NCBI GenBank assembly: GCA_030704615.1
Contig: CM060732.1
Coordinates: 60,388,001 to 60,452,000, forward strand
DNA length: 64,000 nucleotides
Direction: 5' to 3'
Origin: Takakia lepidozioides
Taxonomy: Eukaryota; Plantae; Bryophyta
Shown here: positions 26,554 through 39,719 of the stretch, piece after piece
Position numbering within the stretch: the stretch's first letter is position 1
Layout of the letters: each line of letters opens with the position of its first letter
Notes under the pieces: model-generated
Databases searched by the model: none
Told to the model about the DNA's origin: nothing
The model's input: the letters and a program-made list of their open reading frames with translations, nothing else
Made by a program: the position numbers and the translations under genes

Positions 26554-28330
26554 TGGGGGAGCGGTGCTCACACAGGTGATGATGAGGAAGAGAGTTCGTA
26601 GTGGCTTAATGCTAGCCGCTCGAACAATGCTGCAGAGTCTAAGTATAAGCTCATATGAGGGAGAATGCTTAGCTGCAGTGTGGGGCCGTGGCACACTTCA
26701 GGGCTATCTATACGGCAATCTCTCTTCACCCTGTCACGGATCACCAACCACTCAAGTGGTTGATTGGAGTCAGACAGCTTACGGGGAAGCTTGCACGGTG
26801 GGCACTCATCTTTCAAGAGTATGACTTTCATGTGGTGCATCGACCGGGTTTGGTCAATCGCAATGCAGATGGATTGAGTCGCATCCATGCACGAGCCAGC
26901 AGGATGACACTGAGGCTCGGTGGCATGGTGAGACGGACAGGAGATGGTGTCCTTGATGGCAATGCATCTGCATTTCTGTGTATCTTGCAGCGGAGGCCAG
27001 GTTGGACCTTGCAACAGGGATACTGTAGATCAAGTGTCTGAGGACCCTGAGACCAGCAATGAGCAAGGTGGCGCCAAAGATATACATGAGGATTCAGTTG
27101 TGTTGGACTACCTCCGCACTGAAGACACTACAACAGCCACTGTGAGGCCATGAGAGGGATCGGATCCTACAACGATCCAAGAGGTTCAATTGGGAGGGGA
27201 CACACCTGCTCCGAGTGTGGGAGGATGGTCGAGTGAGGATTGTGCCTCACCCAACACAGCGGGCAACGGTTAGTGCGGCATGCCCATGAGGAGTTGGGGC
27301 ATTTTGGGGTGTTCGACGCCCTCATAGTCTACTGCAGGGACAGTATGGTGGCGTGGTATGCACACAGAGGTGCAACAATTTGTGGCTAGGTGCATGGTGT
27401 GTGACAGGGTGCGTGCTTCATTCAACGCCCCCTACTCCACATTGCACCCCTCTTCCGATCATGGGATTGGGCTACATGTGGAGTCTTGACTTCGCAGGGC
27501 CATTGCACTTGACCATGACATGGTGGCGCCACCAGTACGTGTTGGTGATGGTGGAACACTTCTCTCCAGTGCATTGAATTGGTTCCATTGCCTGATAAGG
27601 CTAGTGAGGGAGCTGCGTATGCATTCTTGGATTGTGTGCTTAGCCGATTCGGTGCTCCAGCTGAGGTACTCACGGACCAAGGGAGAGAGTTCTTGGGGGA
27701 GTTTCAGGCTTTGTGTGACAAGCCTTGATAGACCCCGCACCACTTCTCGGGATCATCCTGAGGCCGATGGCTTGGCAGAGAGAGTTGTTCAGATAGTAAG
27801 AGGGGTTTGGCAAGTATGGCTTGCAGAAGGGACACCTAGGAGATTGGGGACCTTCAGTTACCCTGTTAGTCATGGGCTACAGGTTCAGCAAGCAAGCATC
27901 ACTTGCCTCCTTCTCACCATACTTTCTTCTCTTTGGCCGAGAGCCGGATTTGCCTACATCCATTCGCAGAGAAGCTGCTACAGTTCTTAACCTTGACGAT
28001 CCGGACGTGTGGGCACGTGCATGTGAGCAGCGTGCAGAGTTGTTCAAGAGAGTCATGCCCATGGCTTCGAGAACCTTGCCATTGCACAACACGTGATATG
28101 TTGAGGTATGCTACCATACGTGGTGGGGCCTATCGTCCTGGGGTTCGGAGATTCAACCCTGGTGACTATGTCTATCTCAACAGACTGCTCCTACGACCCT
28201 GGATGTGACTGCAGGACGTGTTATTTTGAGGGTTCGAGAGGTCTTGCCTTCAGGCGTCTTGGTCTTGGAGGGTCGGGATGGCATAACTTGGAAGGACCAT
28301 GTGCGTAATTGTGCGCCATGTCACCTTCCG
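26554..28330 (+). pseudogene. pol: RNase H remainder and DDE integrase, multiply frameshifted
   Basis: GAVLTQ..ASRSNNAAE..SSYEGECLAAVW..VTDHQPLKWL..GKLARWAL..YDF.V.HRPG..NADGLSR; HEELGHFG...C..C zinc finger; WSLDFAGP, LTDQGREF.GEF, HPEADGLAERVVQ, FSPYFLLFGREP. Confidence 0.92.
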
Positions 28331-28384
28331 AATGTCGATGGCAGGATTGACCCAAACCTGGCAGTGGTATCTGCAGGTTTGAGG

Positions 28385-28519
28385 TGCATGTTGTGTGGGT
28401 CTGCTAAAGGGGCAGCCACCATGCTGGTGTTTGATCGATGCTCTAGAGGTTGGCATATGGGATGCTTGACTCCACCTCTTGAGATGGTTCAAGATGAGGA
28501 TTTGGTTAGTCCCCATTGC
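28385..28519 (+). CDS. PHD finger at the integrase C-terminus (partly degenerate)
   Basis: CMLCGS....TMLVFDRCSRGWHMGCLTPPLEMV....LVSPHC follows the C4HC3 PHD pattern, including the H..CL.PPL signature. Two Cys positions are altered. Confidence 0.8.
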
Positions 28520-28776
28520 ATTGGATAGTGGGAGTGGATACAACCATGGAAGGCTAACAAGAAACGCAAGGCCCAGCTACTAGAGACCTTGAACACACGA
28601 GATCCTGGCTCAAGTTCAGAGATTGCAAGACGGCGACTAACGATGGGGCTACTCTTGTACCCGGCCTCTTGGTCTATAGAGTTTGAGTACAATAGGGACA
28701 GTGATAGAGGACTTAGTACGGTTGTGGCTATTTCATCTTGTAGCTATCTGGAGGTAGAGGGACCTATCCACCAGCT

Positions 28777-28785
28777 AGGGGGGCG
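28777..28785 (+). promoter_or_regulatory. Polypurine tract
   Basis: AGGGGGGCG followed by AT and then the LTR start TG at 28788. Confidence 0.75.
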
Positions 28786-28787
28786 AT

Positions 28788-29230
28788 TGTGGCAGACTAC
28801 TTTATTGTGCATATATGTGTGGTGTGGTTTGGACAGCGATGTAGTTGTGTAGCGATATGTATGCGCACGACAGCTATCAAGTTAAATAAGCACAGTGTGA
28901 AAACAGCTAGAATAAAACTAGTTATTTGTATTTAACACTTGGATTTAGGTCAAGTGTTAAATCAGGTGTCAAGTTTAGTTTGACACTTGGTCCGTCTTAT
29001 CTTCACGAGAGCGGCAGTCGCGCGGCTCATCTCTCTCGAGTTGAGCCTGCGCGACCGAGCTCCTGCATGTGTTTAGGTTTGAGTGTGCTTATGTAGGGGT
29101 ACAGGTTGTTGTGGGGTGGAGTCCCCATAGCTTGGGGTGCCCCTGGCTCGACTTCTGTTTCAATGAGTGATAGCGATGGATTTTATATTTCTTGTGTTGG
29201 GAGTGTGTGTCCTTTTTAGCTTGTTTATCC
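28788..29230 (+). repeat. Complete 443-bp LTR (B1 28788-28872 + GC + A2 28875-29230)
   Basis: Starts TG right after the PPT. B1 matches 29233-29317 (1 mismatch in 85) and A2 matches 17535-17890. Confidence 0.9.
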
Positions 29231-29232
29231 AT

Positions 29233-29317
29233 TGTGGCAGACTACTTTATTGTGCATATATGTGTGGTGTGGTTTGGACAACGATGTAGTTGTGTAGCGA
29301 TATGTATGCGCACGACA
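29233..29317 (+). repeat. Terminal repeat B2 (85 bp; the 5' part of the LTR, placed at the element's right end)
   Basis: TGTGGCAG...CGCACGACA followed directly by the TSD CAGT. Confidence 0.93.
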
Positions 29318-29989
29318 CAGTTTTAGCTCTCTATACTAAATCTCAAATTACACATAGTACAATACTAATCCATTATAATAATGCTTCATATGACCGTACT
29401 CTTTATAGATAATGGTGTAACTGTCTGTTGACCAAATCATAGCCGCTTCATACTAACCGTGATTACCTCTTCAGACTCCATAACCGCTAAAACAAACATC
29501 ATATCTAGCATAACACTACAAGATTAGATAAGCATATTTCTCGAGTGATATGTGATATTAAACAAACAAGAACCTTAACATTTCACTCAATGAAACCGGA
29601 GTCAAGCCAACTGCACCCTAAGGCTATGAAGAATCTACAGTACGGTGCCATAGTCAGAAGAGGAAGGCTCAACTCGAGAAAGATGAGCAACGAGCCTCAC
29701 CACGTTTGCCGTGAAGATAAACCACGCCCAAGGGCCAACAAATCTCTTGACTCTTGGATTGACACTTGTCAATATATAAAAATTAATAAATTCTTAGTTA
29801 ATAAAACTTATTATAAATTCTTATAATTTTAGAATTGCTAAACTTATTAAATTGGCATCTAAGCTACGTTAGTGTGTTTACTATGTATGTTATGTCCAGT
29901 ATATATAATCCTGTATTCATCCATAAAAAATACATTAAAAATATTTTAATGATTTAAATTAGATTTTAAAATATTACTATATTAATTAC

Positions 29990-31280
29990 TTGACGATCGT
30001 TTTTTGTATTTCTTAATTAGTTGCGAATGTCGACATTTGGCAGTCGCAACTATTAAAAAATTCAGCTATATGCGACCGTCAAGTTTGGCAATCACATGTA
30101 AGTTTTTATTTTTTTAATAGGTGTAACTACCAATTATGGCGGTTGTAAATAATTTTTATTTTATTTTAATGGTATGACCGCCAAAATCATTGGCGGTCGA
30201 GCCCAATTTGTAAGAAAATATAATAACAATAACGCCGACATTTGGCAATTATAGTTATTTTGTTTAGGTTCACGTGTGCAGTCTACGGTCCACTTGGGTT
30301 GTCACCTCAATATTTAGGTGTTAAAGTTTTTTAATAAAAGCTAAATGTAAGAACTTTGCAACGTTATGATGTACCCCGCAGAAATTCTAGGGATACCAAA
30401 AATGCCATAGATCCCCCGAGCGTGTCTTACTGTTCGGATGATAATTTCTCTGTCTGTTCGAAATTATCCTAGGTTATCCGTGCCTCAATATACTACAAAT
30501 GTACTGTCACTCTTGAGGACGGGAGGTCTCTCGTGCCTTGTGGTTGGCTTGTGGTCTCGATTTTTTTTTAAACATTAAAATTTATTTCGGCCCGCCATTG
30601 TGGCGGTTCCAAATTATTTAAAAAATTTAAAAATAAATCGAGATTTCCAAACCAATGTTTATGGTTGCTAGCGGTTTTTCGGTCATGATTGTTTTTTTAA
30701 AAATAAAAATTATTTTAAACCACCATTGTGATTGTTCCAAATTATTATTTAAAATAAAAAAAACCGCATTCGCTAGGCCAGTGCGTGTGGTTGGCTGGCG
30801 GTCTTGAATTATTTTAATATATGTAAAAGATAATTGGGACCGCTAGACTAGTGTTTACGATTGGCTGACGATATGTATTATGTGGCAGTTTTGATTTATA
30901 AAAACAGTTGGAAAAAAATGCTTGCTTGCCGAGCTCACCCTGCATCCCCTCGATTTAACGGTAACTTTAATAAATCATAATTATAACATAATGTTTTTAA
31001 AATACTCGATAATATATATACTTATTAGCAAAATAAAATAAATAAATACGTTATTTTTTTGTGAAGCTCTAAAAATAGATACTTGACATTTCTTTCTTCA
31101 GAACCTTATATAGATATTGTGTGTGTGTATATATATATATGTGTGTGTGTGTGTGAAATTGAATAAAGCAGCGGTCCCAATTATTTTTCAATTTTTTCAG
31201 GACCTTCATTGTCGAAATAGTTTTTATTTTTTCTTACAAAAACAAATCGGGATCGTCAACCAACCACAACGCTGGCCTTG
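29990..31280. mobile_element. AT-rich region with dispersed GACCGCC/GGCGGTC-type short inverted motifs; probable non-autonomous DNA-transposon remnant
   Basis: Repeated motifs such as GACCGCCAAAATCATTGGCGGTC and CCGCCATTGTGGCGG lie in an AT-rich background. No termini identified. Confidence 0.4.
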
Positions 31281-32889
31281 AGTTATTCGATATACGTAAG
31301 CTCAGTAGACAAGACCCATATCATTATCAGCATTAATAAGTTTCGAAGACTATTGTCGAGATGTATCGGAGAGTTTTGGACACAAATAACTCATATTGGT
31401 AATTCGATAAAATTCAATATATTTGTGACGCTTTGTCCGCCATCGGGATTAGTGCTCTTTTACAATGATAGTCCTCCCATAAGATGGTTTACATGTTGTA
31501 TCTCTTTTAACTTGTCAATGCTCACATGACCTAATTTTCTATATCACAATTATGTTTATATCATGACAAGTCTAGATCCCAACTCTGGTCAAAATATTAT
31601 AAGAGCATTAGAGATATGATGTTATGATATGTATAAGAACTTATCTAAAGTTGTTATTGCAATTACAATTCTTGGGATGTTGGAAATAATGCAATCCTCA
31701 TTTTTTATTATTACTTTTTATCATTCTGCACAACCATTGTTCTTAAAACAAAAGTTATGTGTTAATGTAGGAAATATATGATATTCTTCCCTTTAATATA
31801 TATTTTTCTATTTATCATAAGATAGATTAAGTCTTCTCCATTAATTGTATGTTTGCTCATATATTGTGTAGATAAAATATATCTAAATAATTAAAAAAAT
31901 TCGATTCCTAGACGCATATGTTGAGATGCTCTTGAATCAATACACCACATGTCATGTTTGTATCTATTATTGGACGAGAAATAGAACAATGCATAAAGTC
32001 TTTTAATAAATAGCAATATTCATCTTCAATGTTGTGTCGAGTTGCAATGTGTTTTTTTTACAAACTTTGATCTTGTGACTAGGTTTATTGCAATAAGAAC
32101 ACTTTGCTTGGATTTTTTGAACTTTGAATGAGATTAAAATTTCTGAGACTTCAAAAAACTTCTATAAGGAAATTTTTGTTTTGGACTACTCAAAGTTAAT
32201 CTATGAACAATGCTCTTAGATTTATCTTAATAAACGTACTTTAATACTACGTTTTTGATGAAATAAAAAAACAAGAATGAAGCCAAAATAATGAATTATA
32301 AACAAATGATAATAACATGAGCAATGATCACATAATAAACATGTAAGAAAATATTAAATCTTATACATTGTTTTGTTGTGATATGCAATGAAGTTGCTGG
32401 AGACATTCGGATATTGGGTGCGAGTTTTCTTGCATCACAAAAGAGCAGAAAAAAAAATTGTAAATGTGCACTGATAGGGGACTTAGATGGAGTCAACACC
32501 ATCAAATCCTCCGGAATATTAACCCCTAAAAGACGACGCGACCTGAAACGGGTCGTGTTGTTTTTTTTATCGAGGGCGTAGTTTCTGCAGATGAAGGCGG
32601 ATCGAAGTGCCCTCTGGATGAAAAAAGTTGCCCCCCGCTGTCCTCTACACGCTCCAGCAAACGGCACTTCATTTGAGTAAATACCGTGCATGCCAGATTT
32701 TTCCAAGTGTGTGGGGGTGCATGATTTGCTTGGTTTTCATCGTGTACAAGAATGATTTTGTAGTTTTTTTTTCCCCACACAATTCGGGCAGCTCCAAGAA
32801 CGTACATTGATGATGACGAATCCTTCGCATAGTGGCCATGAAGATAATATGACAGAGATGTTGTCTTTTTTTATTTTTGAAGTTTATTT

Positions 32890-33641
32890 ATTTATTTATT
32901 TCTGGGCAGTCCGGGCAGATTTAAAACAAACGATGACGCTGATGTGGCCGACGATGATGACATGGCACAATGATGTGTCATGATGATGACATGGTGACAG
33001 TGATGTGACACTTTGACACCTATTAATCTATCCTGCTCTATATTAAGACTAGTCTCCGATCTTTAGTCGTCACTAGAACTAGCGGGCTACGCATAATTGC
33101 TCCGCACTACTGGTGATGACTTCTAAGAACACTGTCCCCTTTGATTGGAAATATAATTTTTTCAAAAAACAATAGGAACAATGTAAGAACTTACTAGAGG
33201 CGTACTTTCATCGACTTCAGGCTGCGTCGGCTCCTTAAGCTAAAACCGACTCTTAATCTTCCTATAGAGCCCACCCCCCAAAGGGGGCAGTACCCAGGGA
33301 AGAGGCTCTTATTTACGCTAGCTTCGGCTGGCATTATATATATATATATATATATTCCTACATTGCCATTGTTACGAGGTGTTTATCTCCCAAATGAAAT
33401 GCAGTAGCATTTCAGGGTGAAGTGACACCGTAAGTTACACGAGCTTCAACAACTTCAACAACGACTTTTTTCCCCTTCGATTAAAAATTTCATTAGGTGT
33501 TTTTGGGCAACTTGGGCAGCTTAAAAAAATGATGATGATGATGTGGCAAGATGATGATGTGACTATGATGACATGGCACTATGCCACCCTATTCCTGCTC
33601 TACACGATAACTAGTTGACCTTCAGTGGTCACGACAATTAG
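32890..33641 (+). repeat. Two diverged copies of a Helitron-like 3' end (about 32890-33082 and 33498-33641)
   Basis: Both share GGGCA..GGGCAG.TTAAAA, GATGATGACATGG repeats, TCCTGCTCTA...ACTAGT, a short hairpin (TGACC-TTCAGT-GGTCA in copy 2) and a terminal (C/T)TAG. Confidence 0.4.
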
Positions 33642-35377
33642 ACAAACAAATAATAAACCCCTTCAAATAAACCATGTATATGGGTAAGGGTTGGGGCAGC
33701 CTTGGCTTGATCTGTCGGTAAGCAGTTGAGCTTGGTAAATGGCTTGCATGCCACGGAGGAGCCTGTTCTTTCTTTATAAGACACCCTGAAAGTAGACTTT
33801 AGTACCGTGGACATTGTGATTGTACTATGAGAGTCTTGGGATGTCCATCTAGCGTACCGAGGGTGAGGCCTGCCTCATCGAAGACAGCTCCCCCTTGCAC
33901 CCGCAGATCCCCTGCCCCTCTTGTCCCAGTACCGGACATTGCAACCCCTGCGGAGATCTCAAAGAAATGAGAGGTCGCCCCTTCGACAGTTTATTCTTGA
34001 CTAGTCCACATTGAAATAGAGCATCTTGGGGCCCACACAAGTGACATAAATGCAGTAGCAGAAACCATAGTTGACCCACTGGATGTTCACTCGGACGCAC
34101 CTGTATATGGAACCTATATGGAAGGCCATAGTGACTATTGAGTAGTGACTATATTGATTGTAGGCTGGAGACAAAACAACAACCGAGGTTGCGGCAGAAC
34201 GAAAGGCCCACTGTTACTGCCTGCTTGGCACCTAGTCCTCCTCTAGTCTGCATTGTGCCCCGAGTTTTAATAAATTCAGGCTCAGCTCTGTGGACTATCT
34301 GAACATAGAATGCTGCGTCCGCAAGCTGCTGCATCTGCAGTTGTAAATTGTCTTGCTGTTGTTATTGTTGTTGCCGTGTCTGTCAGTGTCCTCTCGTTCA
34401 AGGTTTGCAGCTCGAGGAAGATGGTCATATTAAGGTGTGTCTCTCTATTTCCCTCTATAACTCTGGCTTTGTTGAGGATCTAGAGCCACAAGGCTACTGC
34501 AAACAACATCTTACTATCTTAACACGAGTGACGATACAAATGTGATTGCCATAAAAAACTACTAAATTCAGATTAAGGATTTTGAACCCAGGACCATATA
34601 TTATGTGCCATAGCTGAGCCTGTGGGCCGGAAGCAGCTGCAGTGAAAGTGGGCGGTGAGCTTTGGCAGCAATGCGGTGGTTGCACAGCATGTAGCTTCAC
34701 ACTGCCCACCTAAAAGTTTCTATATCTTTCGATGAGGAGAATTTTCAGCAGGCCGTCGGTCTTTAATACTCCATTTGGGACACTCGAATCAAGTCAACCT
34801 GCAGGACCCGAAAGTTTGAGACATTGCAGATGCATGATATCAAGACACGCTGCATGCAGCTGTAAATAGATCGAAGCCAAGAGTATGTAGAATTACATTG
34901 CCTATCTAAGTTCCAGACTTATTGATCAAAGTATGAAAATAAATCGCTATGAGGGATCTGGTCATCTAATTCTACGTAGGGCTCTCACATCAGCTCCAAA
35001 TGATTTTACATTGTAATTTCTGTAAGGTAGCTTGTAGAGACAAGATCTCGTGAATCCCATGTTGGTGTAAGACTTTCCTTGAAACCACACATGTGATGGT
35101 ACGTTGTTCGCTCTTGAGCCCTGGCAGTTCCTGAAAGATGGTGATCTATGGATCTCGAGAATTTTCTACGAAGCTCTTGATGACAACTGACTCTAAAAGA
35201 ATCACGGTCAACGTCCAGAGTTCTCTTCAGACGAACGTTGCTGCTCAAGACAAATCCAAATGTCCAAAATGCTCATGAATTCACGTCGCGCGTTCGATGT
35301 AACCTGAGATTCTATGATGTTTAGTGAGCAGATGAGACCCTCCGAGAAGGGGTTTGAACTTTGAACAGTAGCGCGGT

Positions 35378-37102
<1,725 letters not shown>

Positions 37103-38567
37103 TTTCTAGATTCTTCAAGTATCGATTGCCAAAACTGGCCTCCGATTCGACTCAGTTCCAACGCAGGAGTTTTTTCAATTAAAGTTCTCTGTCAATCGCT
37201 GTTTCATTAAGGGCGCTCACTAAACCTCATAAGGACCTCAGACAGAACTTAACCCTCTGATAGCTTCGATGATGAGCTGATCAGATCTGTTCGAAGTACG
37301 AACAAAAGGACCTACTACCGTCTGAAGTAACTGCTCAGACGAATTCAAGCATACAGAAAGGAATGTCGCTGTGTAATTGACAATCATCCCCTTCTTAACA
37401 CGTAGCGTTAGGCTTCACTTCCTGCTTCCTGGCATCTCCCTTATATATCGTTCCCAGGGGCTTCTGGGTGCCTTCTGAAGGTAGCTGCCAGCCTGGGCTT
37501 GATCTGTCGTAAGCTGTTGAGCCTGGTCAACGGCTTCATCCTCTTACCCACCGCTTCATCAAGAGGGTGTAGAAAAAAGGCTCAAAAGCGACAATATAGA
37601 TTGCGAGATGCTCTCAAAGCCTCGCACGTTTTCGGCAGTAAGCGCACCGCTCTCTCTTGCCAAAATAGAAACCTTGGTCTCCTATACTCCCGTGAGGAAG
37701 AATCGCCATAGCTACTCCGCTGGGCATGCTGCTTATCACGGGACTCTTACAGATTTTTACGAGTACCCAAAAACCCACCTCCTCCAACGCTCATCTATGT
37801 ATTCACATCTTACTATCGAGCACGTCAACTGTCCATGAGATCGAAATGACATATCTTTGCATATGTGGGATGCCAGCTACTGCAGTGGAAGGAGGTTGGT
37901 CCAGTGTATGAAACTATTCTAAGGATTTACAAAAGATTGACACACTATCATTCAGGGGCCAATTGTAGAGAGCCTCTTTCCCTTGCAGAACTCAGCTCAC
38001 TTGCTGGTAGAACAGAGACAAGGAGTGCCCGCTCAAAGGGTTGGCTCTCACCCAGTTCGAAACTACATGGACACAAAGACAATGTTGTGCATGTTCCCAT
38101 CTGAGACTTCCCAAGACATATGTTTGCAAGTACTGGATATTGCCAAAGTTACTTCATGAAAAGTTGTGTGAGGAGAGCATGAATTTACGTTGATAATATT
38201 TTTGGAGCAGCCTTGATATTGTTGTTCGGACTTAGTATTAATCTTCTCTCCTCCCCAACATTTTGTCCCTTGTGACATTCGAGATGCCTTGTTTGTTTGT
38301 TCATTCTTGCCATTATTTCTACATACGAAGGCCACCCCATTTTGACTGGTCTTTCTCATGAACTTGAAAACCATAACATCAACTATGTTTTGGTTTGAAA
38401 AATAAGAATAGTTTTTGCTTAAAACTTTGTTTGAAGTGTAGTTTCCTAAATATCTGTTGTACTCTCAATTTGAAAGGTAGAATATATGTCCAAACATGGT
38501 TCCCTTGCATATATATATATATATTTCCCTTGAATTTCCTTTGCATAAATGCAAAAGTGGTTGAGAC

Positions 38568-39264
38568 CAGTGGTGGACTGGTATCACAAAAATATGAGAC
38601 CAAACTGGTCCTGGTATCGTAATGGCCCATATTTCCCAAGGCTGGTATGGTCCTGGTATTGGGGTGGGGTAGGGTATAGGAGGGGTATCAATAACGTAAA
38701 TTTATGGATATATAGCTGTATCGTGTCAATATTTGGCTTTTTCCATCTCATATTGTCTAACGTGAATATTGCCCGGGTAGGTATATAGAATATTCATATA
38801 TTCAAAGAAAATTTTCAATAACCTGAAAAAACAACTGACCTTCACACTCAAATCACAATTACAACACGATGCACACATACAAAACCAGAATTGAGCTCAC
38901 CCACATTGCACATGGAGTACCCAAAAAATGTCATAAAATGTTATGCTCATATAATGGACTGCCACTACGCCCATCATTGAAGCAGCCACCCATGAATTCC
39001 CTTGCCCTAACTCCACACATATACCTACTGTACCGTTTGGAGGCTCACATAGCAGCAGTACCGGTACCAACAGCAATCTGTCCATAGCAATACCAGACAA
39101 GTATGGTATACACCGCAATATGGAGCAAGGTATGCATTGCCCCTAGTATGGTATGCCCCGGGTATTGGCCACCCTACCTACCTACAGGCGGGATATGGTC
39201 TTACCTACCTGGGTTGATATCAGTATTGATACCCAGGTTGGACCTATGTACGGCTCCAACACTG
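38568..39264. mobile_element. Non-autonomous hAT-like element (MITE), about 0.7 kb
   Basis: TIRs CAGTGGTGGA / TCCAACACTG. 8-bp TSD GTTGAGAC (38560-38567) vs GTTTAGAC (39265-39272). GGTAT/ATACC subterminal repeats. Confidence 0.75.
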
Positions 39265-39719
39265 GTTTAGACAATGTTGGGAATTATTTTATGAAAATGT
39301 GTCGCAAACTAGTGATATTGTACATATGTGATATTGTACTTCAGTAAGTGTATTTAAAAATTGTACAACTTGACCAAAGTAGCAAATTGTCTCCAGTTTT
39401 CAAATCTGAACTACTGTGGACCCAACTTTTAAAAAAGAGACAGTTGGGGTGGATGTCTGCCAAAGGCTCAAGCATCACTGGACAATTTCGTGGATTGAAG
39501 TAGATTTGTACTGGGAACGTTGAAGTTTCTCAAACAACAGCAAAGAGCAGAATCCTTGACAGTTTCGAACATTAGTGTACAATGTAGAGAATCTACAAGG
39601 CTGCGTAGCTCCAGATTGCAGTATCCCTGTCAGCCTCATTCATCAAGCTGTAAATATGTACTGCAATCGTGACTCATGGCCATGTATCCCGCATAGTGAG
39701 GCTGGCTCTAAATCAAGAT

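Larger units (their letters stand above)
17535..29317 (+). mobile_element. Ty3/Gypsy-type LTR retrotransposon, 11.8 kb: extra ORF, gag-PR-DNA methyltransferase-RT-RNaseH-INT-PHD; permuted A...B-A-B termini; internal inversion
   Basis: Ends TGTC...GACA flanked by CAGT at 17531-17534 and 29318-29321. Domain order is PR-RT-RH-INT. PPT at 28777-28785. Repeats 17535-17890 and 28875-29230 are about 98% identical. Confidence 0.92.

Noticed and set aside
17535-29317. Classification as a DIRS/PAT/Ngaro element, given the split direct repeats and a methyltransferase
   Set aside because: No tyrosine recombinase was seen. The element has a protease, DDE integrase, PPT, TG...CA ends and a TSD, and its MTase is C5-cytosine type, not the adenine type of DIRS.
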